From the IMG/VR virus record IMGVR_UViG_3300030333_001118, positions 1 to 29,254 of that record: DNA of 29,254 nt; one strand, given 5' to 3'. Source of the stretch: a virus (lineage: Duplodnaviria; Caudoviricetes). The notes under the pieces were generated by a model. It searched no databases, was not told the origin of the DNA, and saw only the letters and a program-made list of their open reading frames with translations. The position numbers and the translations under genes are program-made. Below, in pieces: positions 1 to 7,444 of this stretch (the first letter of the stretch is position 1; each line of letters starts with the position of its first letter).

Positions 1-1
1 T

Positions 2-99
2 CCTACAGACTCAAATACAATCGCACAGATAAAATCATGGATGGACACCTATGGCTATGAATATACCTCAGATATGAGCAAAGCAGAGCTATTAGGAGC
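2..99. repeat. Terminal direct repeat, left copy (identical to 29157..29254); circular-assembly overlap
   Basis: 98-nt exact match to the window end; the base before it differs (T1 vs A29156, synonymous Ala codon GCT/GCA). Confidence 0.97.
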
Positions 100-325
100 T
101 ATCCCTGTATCTAATGCACTTATCGGTAATGCAATACAATCAAGCAAAGAAACGCTTAGAAAGAATAATGGAGATGAGGGAGACAGCTCTAAAGCACTAC
201 TGAAGTTTGCTTGTGATAATGATACAGACAATGATCCTGCCATGTTTAGTTCTTATGATAAATATTCACACGCTCAGATAATGGATATATTGTCTGGTGA
301 TGAATGGACTTCATCTATTGAGTAA
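2..325 (+). CDS. C-terminal part of a 142-aa protein that begins at 29052 and spans the junction; HeH/LEM-like motif plus acidic C-terminal domain
   Basis: In frame with ATG 29052 through the repeat; motif NTIAQIKSWMDTYGYEYTSDMSKAELLGAI; ORF-track start 41 is internal. Confidence 0.8.
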   Translation, partial: PTDSNTIAQIKSWMDTYGYEYTSDMSKAELLGAIPVSNALIGNAIQSSKETLRKNNGDEGDSSKALLKFACDNDTDNDPAMFSSYDKYSHAQIMDILSGDEWTSSIE

Positions 326-326
326 T

Positions 327-845
327 ATGTGCAGTTGTATTTATAATTGTGTTTGCAGTAAAAAGGGAAACAGTCTTGCTGAGTTCGCAGTTACTATGGC
401 TATCATGGCTACTCTGGCAACTACCTCTGCTCCTGCTTTTAGTCGTATCGGTGAGGGAGCTAAAGCCAAGCAGACTAAGGCGAATCTGGAGAAGATAGTA
501 AAGGCATCCCAGATGTGGTACAATCAACAGGTAGAGATCAATGGCATGGGTAGATTCCCAAGCCAACCACATAGAACAAGTAGCATCGGTGAAGTAACAG
601 ACTACAACGATAATCGCAGAATAGAATCAGATGAAATATTAGAAGGTACTTATGTGCCTGTTTTTAGTGATACTAGCTTTCTGCATTTGTTTGATAATGA
701 CACCATTAAATCACCATACCAAGAAGGTAGATATTTGTACGCTATTATAGGGGGTTCTGGAACAGGTAATGCGATTGTAAGTCCTATTTTTATTGTAGTG
801 GATCAAGAGAATCCAGAAGATTTTTATAAGTATTACAAACCATGA
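327..845 (+). CDS. Type IV pilin / type II secretion pseudopilin-like protein (prepilin N-terminal domain)
   Basis: KKG|NSLAEFAVTMAIMATLATTSAP: basic leader, Gly-1, Glu+5, hydrophobic helix, Pro+22, then AK..TKANLEKIVKASQMWY..GRFP as in GspG/PilE-type helices; ATG 327 follows the stop at 325. Confidence 0.85.
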   Translation: MCSCIYNCVCSKKGNSLAEFAVTMAIMATLATTSAPAFSRIGEGAKAKQTKANLEKIVKASQMWYNQQVEINGMGRFPSQPHRTSSIGEVTDYNDNRRIESDEILEGTYVPVFSDTSFLHLFDNDTIKSPYQEGRYLYAIIGGSGTGNAIVSPIFIVVDQENPEDFYKYYKP

Positions 846-967
846 GCAAAACAGACTACATATTTATCATTGTAAGAACTTTAGGAACATTACTTGTTAT
901 GCTGACATTAATCGGATGTGATGGTGGTTGGTCAGTTGGTGGGTTAGATATACCAGAGAAGTTGTGA
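842..967 (+). CDS. Small predicted lipoprotein (41 aa), not in ORF track
   Basis: MSKTDYIFIIVRTLGTLLVMLTLIGCDGGWSVGGLDIPEKL; hydrophobic signal with lipobox L-I-G-C; ATGA overlap with pilin stop and GTGA overlap with next gene. Confidence 0.7.
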   Translation: MSKTDYIFIIVRTLGTLLVMLTLIGCDGGWSVGGLDIPEKL

Positions 968-1287
968 GTGAGAAAAAAACTTACAAAAGTTTCAACGGAT
1001 CTATACTTGGGGATAACGCTATACTCCATGTCAATCTTAGGTTTTTGCTTAATACCTTTCTGGTATTCGGTTCAATTATTTACAGTTTCTATTCGCTTAT
1101 GTCGAGACTTGAGTCTGTTGAGCGAGAGTTGGAATCAGCTAATGCTGAGATAAAGGCTTTGATGGAAAAACATATCCATGAAGAAGAAGTTAAAATTGCA
1201 CACATGCAGGAACAATTAGAATGGTACGAAAAAGAGTTAAATCTGAACCCATTAAGTTGGGGAAAGAAAAGAAAGAAACGAAAATAA
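964..1287 (+). CDS. Single-TM plus coiled-coil membrane protein with basic tail (lysis-accessory-like)
   Basis: TM FLLNTFLVFGSIIYSFYSLM then heptad helix; GTG 964 overlaps upstream stop. Confidence 0.7.
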   Translation: MSEKKTYKSFNGSILGDNAILHVNLRFLLNTFLVFGSIIYSFYSLMSRLESVERELESANAEIKALMEKHIHEEEVKIAHMQEQLEWYEKELNLNPLSWGKKRKKRK

Positions 1288-1346
1288 TGCAAGATTTAAA
1301 CAATTATATAGAATTTATGAAAATGACAGGAAAAATAAATGACTGA
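1287..1346 (+). CDS. Possible 19-aa micro-ORF MQDLNNYIEFMKMTGKIND
   Basis: TAATG coupling to upstream gene, ATGACTGA overlap with downstream gene; fills the gap exactly. Confidence 0.4.
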   Translation: MQDLNNYIEFMKMTGKIND

Positions 1347-1632
1347 ACTAGCAGATTTGTATCTTCAGTTGGGTAGTGCAGGTTTTATTGCATTACTCTT
1401 CGGATTTATGATTTATAACCTTATACAAAGCCAGAAAGAGCAGAGTGATGATTTAGAAGAGATAAAGCAATCTATTCATAAAATGGAGTCTGTTCAGGAT
1501 TCAGCTATGCAAGTTAATATTAAACTTATTGATAGAACCAATAAATCCGATGAAAAGAGAGAAGAGTTCTGGAGACAGTTATCAGATGACCTTGCTTATT
1601 TAAAAGGTCGTATTAACGGTAATACAAAATGA
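1339..1632 (+). CDS. Holin-like protein (one TM plus coiled coil, BhlA/XhlA-like architecture)
   Basis: TM LGSAGFIALLFGFMIYNLI, coiled coil, ends LAYLKGRING; upstream of endolysin. Confidence 0.6.
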   Translation: MTELADLYLQLGSAGFIALLFGFMIYNLIQSQKEQSDDLEEIKQSIHKMESVQDSAMQVNIKLIDRTNKSDEKREEFWRQLSDDLAYLKGRINGNTK

Positions 1633-1913
1633 GTTCAAATAAACCCATATCAGATAACAGCAGTCTTAACATTAGCTTACCAATGCTGATCCAAGCAGTT
1701 GGATTAATTGGTGCGATGGTCTGGGGATATGGTCAGCTTAATACTCGCATATCTTTTTTGGAGTATCAAGTAGCTATGAATGAGGAGCATATTAGCAGAA
1801 TGGAAGAAGATGCAGAAAACAATCAAAATGCTGAAATACCTGCTGATATAAGGCAAAATCAACGAATTGAATATTTAGAAAAAGAATTAGACAGGTTAAG
1901 AAACAATGGATAG
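1629..1913 (+). CDS. Single-TM plus coiled-coil protein, probable paralog of 964..1287
   Basis: DNSSLNISLPMLIQAVGLIGAMVWGYGQLNTRISFLE; C-terminal IEYLEKEL. Confidence 0.7.
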   Translation: MSSNKPISDNSSLNISLPMLIQAVGLIGAMVWGYGQLNTRISFLEYQVAMNEEHISRMEEDAENNQNAEIPADIRQNQRIEYLEKELDRLRNNG

Positions 1914-2049
1914 TCTTAAAGTAGCAACAGTAAGTATGGCTAATTATGGCTTATCACTTACTAGCATCAGTTTAATATTACAATGTGTCGTAGCGATTAT
2001 GACCATTATCTATTTAGGATATAAAATCAAAAAAATAAGGGAGATATAG
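1906..2049 (+). CDS. Small holin-like membrane protein (47 aa), not in ORF track
   Basis: MDSLKVATVSMANYGLSLTSISLILQCVVAIMTIIYLGYKIKKIREI; hydrophobic with basic C-terminus; stop abuts ATG 2050. Confidence 0.65.
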   Translation: MDSLKVATVSMANYGLSLTSISLILQCVVAIMTIIYLGYKIKKIREI

Positions 2050-2286
2050 ATGTTAAAAAAAGCAGTATTAGCTAAGATTATTGATAAGGCTAAAGATCAT
2101 ATCGTGGATGAGTATCAAGATGAGTTTATTGGATATATACAGTCAGATGAATTAAAAGAACAATTAGCTACAAAAATAAATAAAAAAATAAATCTACCAT
2201 TCTTAAATGAAGAGCAAGAGCAGGAGCTTTTAGAAAAGCTAGTAGATTGGATTACTGATGTACTTGAGGATATAGCTAAAAAATAA
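2050..2286 (+). CDS. Hypothetical helical protein
   Basis: 78-aa ORF, SD-like AGGGAG upstream, TAATG coupling downstream. Confidence 0.7.
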   Translation: MLKKAVLAKIIDKAKDHIVDEYQDEFIGYIQSDELKEQLATKINKKINLPFLNEEQEQELLEKLVDWITDVLEDIAKK

Positions 2287-2567
2287 TGGCTCGTGATCCT
2301 AGACTAAAACGCTTTGGACTTAGGGGGTTCAATATTCCTAAAAGAACTCCCAAGCATAAAACTAAAAGTCATGTTGTGTTGGCTAAAGTTGGGAAACGAA
2401 CAAAGTTAATCCGATTTGGACAGCAGGGAGTTAGGACAAATATGACAGTAGCTCAGAGAAGGGCATTTAAGGCTAGACATCGTAAGAATATAGCCAGAGG
2501 TAAGCTAAGTCCTGCATGGTGGGCAAATAAAGTTAAATGGAGTCCTTCTAAGACCAGAAGAAAATAA
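2286..2567 (+). CDS. Highly basic conserved phage protein
   Basis: K/R-rich; motif KLIRFGQQG..RRAFKARH..SPAWWANKVKW recognisable from environmental phages. Confidence 0.75.
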   Translation: MARDPRLKRFGLRGFNIPKRTPKHKTKSHVVLAKVGKRTKLIRFGQQGVRTNMTVAQRRAFKARHRKNIARGKLSPAWWANKVKWSPSKTRRK

Positions 2568-2959
2568 TGGCAGTTAAGCGTACAAAACCAAAACTATGGA
2601 AAGGCATTGTATCAAGAGTTAAAGCAGGTAGCAAGGGTGGCAAAAGAGGTGTATGGACAGCAAGGAAAGCACAACTAGCAACAGCAAGATATAAAAAAGC
2701 AGGTGGAGGTTACAGGGGTAGGAAAACAGCTAGTAATTCACTTACAAAGTGGAGCAAACAGGATTGGGGTTATGTTAGTAAAGGGGATGCTAAAAAACCC
2801 AGAGCAAAAAGAGGTAGATACTTACCTAAAAAAGTAAGAGAGTCCTTAACCAAAGGTCAGAAAGCCTACACGAATCGTAAGAAACGAGAGGCAACCAAAA
2901 AGGGAAGGACTAGAGCAAGTTATACTAAACGAGTAGCAAAGAAAGTTAGGAGAGCATAA
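2567..2959 (+). CDS. Highly basic protein, DUF5872-like
   Basis: KGGKRGVWTARKAQL..YKKAGGGYRG..SLTKWSKQDW..RYLPKK motif. Confidence 0.7.
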   Translation: MAVKRTKPKLWKGIVSRVKAGSKGGKRGVWTARKAQLATARYKKAGGGYRGRKTASNSLTKWSKQDWGYVSKGDAKKPRAKRGRYLPKKVRESLTKGQKAYTNRKKREATKKGRTRASYTKRVAKKVRRA

Positions 2960-3054
2960 TGCCAAGAGGAAAAGGAACATACGGAAGTAAAAGGGGCAGA
3001 CCACCAAAGAAAAATAAATCAATGTTTAAATCTAAAAAAAGAAAGAAAAAGTAA
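2959..3054 (+). CDS. 31-aa basic peptide with AT-hook-like RGRP motif, not in ORF track
   Basis: MPRGKGTYGSKRGRPPKKNKSMFKSKKRKKK; TAATG coupling at both ends. Confidence 0.7.
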   Translation: MPRGKGTYGSKRGRPPKKNKSMFKSKKRKKK

Positions 3055-3452
3055 TGCCTAAGCTAGGTAGGAGATCAAAACAGCGTTTGAAGGGTGTAGA
3101 TAGCCGTTTAATTGCTCTTTTAGAGCAAGTTTGTAAGTATTTTGATATAACAGTAATCGAAGGAAAAAGATCGCAGGAAAGGCAGAATATGCTTGTAGAG
3201 CAAGGGAAGAGTAAAACTAAGTTTGGTAAGCATGTGCAAGGTAAGGCTGTGGATATTGCACCTTATCCGATTGATTGGAACGCTAGGGATGATTTTCATT
3301 ATTTAGGTGGGTTTGTTTTAGGGATAGCTAGTCAAATGAATATAAATGTTAGATGGGGTGGAGATTGGTCGGATTCTAGTTTAAGTGAAAACAGAAGAAC
3401 TACTAAGGATAATTCATTTGATGACTTAGTGCATTTTGAGTTGATGGATTAA
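3054..3452 (+). CDS. Endolysin, M15-family L-alanyl-D-glutamate peptidase (T5 Lys-like)
   Basis: EGKRSQERQ, KHVQGKAVD (Zn ligands H, D), RWGGDW, DLVHFEL. Confidence 0.92.
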   Translation: MPKLGRRSKQRLKGVDSRLIALLEQVCKYFDITVIEGKRSQERQNMLVEQGKSKTKFGKHVQGKAVDIAPYPIDWNARDDFHYLGGFVLGIASQMNINVRWGGDWSDSSLSENRRTTKDNSFDDLVHFELMD

Positions 3453-3605
3453 TTGTTTGACCATTGTATTAAGATAGAAAGGATTTGTGCTTTCGCAACG
3501 GAGGAAAAAGATTTTAGTTATTGTGGTTTAGCCACAACGGAAAATAGGATACAGCTAATGGCTAAATGTCCTAAAAAACCAAATAAAAGATGGGGGAGAA
3601 AATAG
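3453..3605 (+). CDS. Small Cys-rich protein (50 aa, TTG start), not in ORF track
   Basis: Open frame fills the gap between endolysin and phosphoesterase; four Cys, basic tail. Confidence 0.5.
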   Translation: MFDHCIKIERICAFATEEKDFSYCGLATTENRIQLMAKCPKKPNKRWGRK

Positions 3606-3609
3606 TTTT

Positions 3610-4374
3610 TTGAAAAGAGCAATAGTAATACCAGATCAACACTTCCCGATACATGATCAAAGTGCTGTAAATGTGGTTTTACAAGCCTTAGAGCTTATTA
3701 AACCAGATATATTTATAAACTTAGGTGATGTGGGTGAGTGGGAAACTGTTTCAGCATGGAGATACAAAGGTAAAAAATTACCACCTCTGGAATATCAACT
3801 GCCTTTAATTGATGAGGAAATAGAACAAGTCAATGAAGGTATAGATCAGTTTGATGCTGTTCTTGATAAAATAGGGTGCGTAGAACGCTATATTTGTGCA
3901 GGAAATCATGATGAGTGGCTTACCTATGGATTTGTTGAGAAGTACCCATATATGAAAGATTACACCTTTAGAAAAGCGTGTAGATGGGATGAAAGAGGTT
4001 ATAAATACTTGAGTTACAATCAACCTTTAAAATTAGGAAAAGTAAATTTTATACATGGTGCGTATGCAACTACATATCATGCAAAAAAACATCTGGAGGC
4101 TTATGGAGCTAATATTGTTTATGGACACACTCACGATATACAACGGCATACGCTTACTAAATTGGATTCTGGTACAATAGGAGCGTGGTCAATGGGTTGC
4201 TTAAAGGATATGAGTGCAGAAAAAAACAAATGGCTAAAGGGTAGATTACATAATTGGAATCATGCTTTTGGTATTGTTACATGGTTTGATAAACCAAGAG
4301 GAAATTTTCAAGTAGATACTATTGAAATTGTAAAAGGACAGGCAACTGTCTGGGGAGAAGTTATAAATGGATAG
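3610..4374 (+). CDS. Calcineurin-like metallophosphoesterase
   Basis: All five motifs: DQH, LGD, GNHD, IHG, GHTH. Confidence 0.92.
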   Translation: MKRAIVIPDQHFPIHDQSAVNVVLQALELIKPDIFINLGDVGEWETVSAWRYKGKKLPPLEYQLPLIDEEIEQVNEGIDQFDAVLDKIGCVERYICAGNHDEWLTYGFVEKYPYMKDYTFRKACRWDERGYKYLSYNQPLKLGKVNFIHGAYATTYHAKKHLEAYGANIVYGHTHDIQRHTLTKLDSGTIGAWSMGCLKDMSAEKNKWLKGRLHNWNHAFGIVTWFDKPRGNFQVDTIEIVKGQATVWGEVING

Positions 4375-4588
4375 ACCAACAAAGTTTATGCAAGTAATGA
4401 ATGATGAAATAGAGCTATTAAATACATTTGACAGTTTAAATAAGTGTATTGAGTTAGCTAGACAGATCACACTAACAGATTTAATATCACCAAGTTCTAA
4501 AACAACAGGAGAAGTTGCTGAATTGATATATAGATTACAGAACTTATCAGAGTTTGAAGTTTTAGACTTTAATCAAAATGAGGCTTAA
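4367..4588 (+). CDS. Hypothetical protein
   Basis: 73-aa ORF with GGAG upstream, overlaps previous stop and abuts next start. Confidence 0.65.
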   Translation: MDRPTKFMQVMNDEIELLNTFDSLNKCIELARQITLTDLISPSSKTTGEVAELIYRLQNLSEFEVLDFNQNEA

Positions 4589-5581
4589 ATGAGTACATAC
4601 GAGGCATCCTATTGTTCACAATCAGATGTAAAAGCAATTCTTCCAGAGCTAGGTAAGTATAATCAACGATCTATATTAGCTCCTAATTGGGTTGCATCTG
4701 GTACAACACACCTATTTTATCTCCATTCAGCAGGTGGTAGTGGGTACAGCGTTTTATTTAAAGATGGTAAGGATTTGGGTGCAGAGCATGGTTCTGAGCC
4801 TTCATCAGATAATCAATGGAGATATGTAGAGGCTGATGGAAGGTTGGAATATTATATAAATGGTGGAAGTGCTAATACACTTAATGGAAGTGTGTGGGAG
4901 TTTGGTGAAGATCAAGATGCTAATCTTACTAAGAATATTGCCAGAGCCTCTGATTTTGTCAGAAGTATGTCTGGGGGTACACCTATATATCCTAGAAAGG
5001 GTGTTGGAAACGCATCAGCAACAGGTAATGACTACCCAGAACTCATTGTAAGATGCACAGCGTATGTGTGTGCTAGTTTTATCACAGAATCCTATGATGA
5101 GGAGCTATCCAATAGATTAATGGCTAAAGTAACCAATGAAGATAATACAGGCTTTTTAGATAGATTAAGAGGTGGTGAGATAACCATAAGCCAACAAGAA
5201 TCCTTACAAAAAAACAAAGGCATAGTGAGAAGAGTATCTGTAAATGGTTCTACAACATCAGATATTGTGGATGTTCGTGGCAGACCTACAGCTAGATGGG
5301 ATTTAATTAAAATAAAGATTACAACAGCAGGAACTCTGGCCAGAGGCACAGAATCCACAGTTAAATATTCAACTTTTGGTAGTAGTTCAGATGGATTACA
5401 GGTAGATGAAATGGTAGAGGATGAAATAGTAACAGGTGGATGGGATCATGTAGGCAGAGGAATGTATGTACGATTCTCAGCAGGTGTACTCACCTTGAAT
5501 GATACTTGGGAAATGGAAATCTCTGGAGAGATAGGGCAGAGTGATACCCCGATTAAAATCTCACATCTTGAGCGTGTATGA
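4589..5581 (+). CDS. Putative head-tail adaptor/neck protein with extra beta-rich domains
   Basis: N-terminal YCSQSDVK and IARASDFV..YP pattern typical of head-tail adaptors; first gene of neck/tail block. Confidence 0.5.
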   Translation: MSTYEASYCSQSDVKAILPELGKYNQRSILAPNWVASGTTHLFYLHSAGGSGYSVLFKDGKDLGAEHGSEPSSDNQWRYVEADGRLEYYINGGSANTLNGSVWEFGEDQDANLTKNIARASDFVRSMSGGTPIYPRKGVGNASATGNDYPELIVRCTAYVCASFITESYDEELSNRLMAKVTNEDNTGFLDRLRGGEITISQQESLQKNKGIVRRVSVNGSTTSDIVDVRGRPTARWDLIKIKITTAGTLARGTESTVKYSTFGSSSDGLQVDEMVEDEIVTGGWDHVGRGMYVRFSAGVLTLNDTWEMEISGEIGQSDTPIKISHLERV

Positions 5582-5994
5582 TAGACTATAGCAATAAGAT
5601 ATTTGAAGTGATGGATTCGGTTCATCACATAATTGCAAAAGAAATGGCAATCCCAATTACCTATGATGGACACGAGGGAAATCATTCGATATTTATACAG
5701 CCTGTAAGTGATAACTTATTAGAAGTGTTAAGTAAAGGGCAGACTAGAACCTATACGATCCTAATATCTTATGAATTAAACACAGGTGGTAATTATACAG
5801 AAAATACTTTTAAACAGGTGGCAAATGTAGCAGAACATATTAAACGCTTATTTGCACCAGATAACAATGCTAATAATGATACTACTTGGCATGGTGGTGA
5901 AGTTGAATCAATCGAGTACGAAAGAGATGAGGAAGATGAAAGCAAAGTAAGAGCATTATTAACATTTAACTGTACAAACTTAGAGGCTTTATAA
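5578..5994 (+). CDS. Putative tail terminator/completion protein
   Basis: 138 aa, alpha/beta pattern, located just before the tail tube gene. Confidence 0.5.
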   Translation: MIDYSNKIFEVMDSVHHIIAKEMAIPITYDGHEGNHSIFIQPVSDNLLEVLSKGQTRTYTILISYELNTGGNYTENTFKQVANVAEHIKRLFAPDNNANNDTTWHGGEVESIEYERDEEDESKVRALLTFNCTNLEAL

Positions 5995-6167
5995 TGAAAT
6001 ATATTAAAACAGATAAGTTTCACGAATTAGATGCGATGAACAACTATCAAGGGTTGGGGCAAGATAATTTCCAAGCCTTTGAGAGGGGTGAGGAAGTTGA
6101 ATTGGATGATGCTCCTAGTGCATTAATTAGTGGTAAATATATCGAGGAAGTGAAAGGTAAGAAATAA
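5994..6167 (+). CDS. Small acidic protein (57 aa), not in ORF track
   Basis: MKYIKTDKFHELDAMNNYQGLGQ..EEVKGKK; TAATG coupling at both ends. Confidence 0.7.
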   Translation: MKYIKTDKFHELDAMNNYQGLGQDNFQAFERGEEVELDDAPSALISGKYIEEVKGKK

Positions 6168-7144
6168 TGGCAACATATTCGGGTAAACAATTTGAGGCTT
6201 ACATATCATTACAGTCTGATGCTTTAGGCACTAATGATGTAAGTGGCACATTGTACAAAATGAGACTTGCACAGGTTAATGATATTGACTTTAGTGCAGG
6301 TGTTCAATTAACTCCTGTAGAAAGAACAGGACAAAGGGTACTTAGACCAACAGACCATATCGCTGTAAGAGGTGGTGGTACATATTCGTGGTCATTTAGT
6401 GATTATATTGTAGAAAATGAGGCTTTATTACAGCTTTTATTACAATTAGTTACAGAAGATACGAGTCCTGATGGAACAGCACAGATATTAGGTAATCAAG
6501 GAACAGTATCATACGCAGAGGGTGCTAGTACAGGAGAATATGCGTGTGTGGTGATAAGTAGTCCAGATGCAGATAAAGACAGATTGATGTTTTCATCTAT
6601 ATTACAGGAACTTACTTTATCAATGAATCCTACAGCAAATGGTGGAAGGCTTACAGCAAGTGGTACATTTTTCTCTGGTTATCAGCCTGTAATAGGTGCA
6701 GAGGCAACATCACCAGATGCTACAACAGTAGGTTACACTAAAGGGTTTTTTGATTGCTCAACACAAACATTAGGTGGTGCAAATGTATTAGCTAATTCTT
6801 TTGATCTCACTATATCTAATCCTGCTACTAGAGTAGGTTTTAAAACAGTTAATAGTATAGCAGGAGAACCAGAGTCGTATAATAGAGGTGGTCAAATCAA
6901 TGTAACAGGTAATATATCTGTAAAGATGGATGATAATTCAGTTACTATGGTAAATAACTTTTTAGGTGGTACTAGCACAAATGTATCACTTGGAGATGGT
7001 TCTAGTATTGATTTTGATATACCTACTGCAAAATTCACAGGACATGAGCTAGATACAGCTAATGAAAATGGTGTATTTATCAATCTACCATTTCAAGCTA
7101 CAGCAGATGGTTCTGGTGCTTTGGTAACTATTATAGCAACTTAA
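6167..7144 (+). CDS. Major tail (tube) protein, siphovirus type
   Basis: 325 aa, G/S/T-rich beta pattern (SFDLTISNP, NVTGNISVK, FDIPTAKFT); precedes chaperones and tape measure. Confidence 0.75.
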   Translation: MATYSGKQFEAYISLQSDALGTNDVSGTLYKMRLAQVNDIDFSAGVQLTPVERTGQRVLRPTDHIAVRGGGTYSWSFSDYIVENEALLQLLLQLVTEDTSPDGTAQILGNQGTVSYAEGASTGEYACVVISSPDADKDRLMFSSILQELTLSMNPTANGGRLTASGTFFSGYQPVIGAEATSPDATTVGYTKGFFDCSTQTLGGANVLANSFDLTISNPATRVGFKTVNSIAGEPESYNRGGQINVTGNISVKMDDNSVTMVNNFLGGTSTNVSLGDGSSIDFDIPTAKFTGHELDTANENGVFINLPFQATADGSGALVTIIAT

Positions 7145-7159
7145 TAGCAAGGGGAGGAA

Positions 7160-7444
7160 ATGAAAATAGAAGTTGATGGTCATATCATACAGATCAAGCC
7201 TATCTCTTATGTAGATAGGTTGGGATTACAGGGGGAGTTTGCTGATGTATATGCTAATGGCACAGATAATGTTTCACAAAAGAAATTCAATCTACTATTA
7301 GGACATACAGCAGAGATAGCTTTTAATGATCCAGATAACTCACTTAAAGAATATCCTTATGAGGTGCAGTTAAAAATACTTACTCAGATAATGAGCGAGT
7401 ATTTAGGTTTGTCTGATAACCAAAAAAAATCCGATGGGGTTTGA
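7160..7444 (+). CDS. Tail assembly chaperone (lambda gpG analogue)
   Basis: Between tail tube and tape measure; SD GGGGAGG; slippery A-tract near 3' end. Confidence 0.7.
   Translation: MKIEVDGHIIQIKPISYVDRLGLQGEFADVYANGTDNVSQKKFNLLLGHTAEIAFNDPDNSLKEYPYEVQLKILTQIMSEYLGLSDNQKKSDGV
7423..7429 (+). other. Programmed -1 ribosomal frameshift site A AAA AAA
   Basis: In-frame X XXY YYZ heptamer; the -1 frame is open from 7420 to 7848. Confidence 0.7.

Noticed and set aside
2-99. End repeat as a biological terminal repeat of the virion DNA
   Set aside because: It falls mid-gene and its length fits a k-mer assembly overlap; it indicates circularity or permutation only
297-326. ORF-track start of the pilin at 297
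   Set aside because: Overlaps the upstream gene by 29 nt; ATG 327 right after the stop gives a normal short prepilin leader
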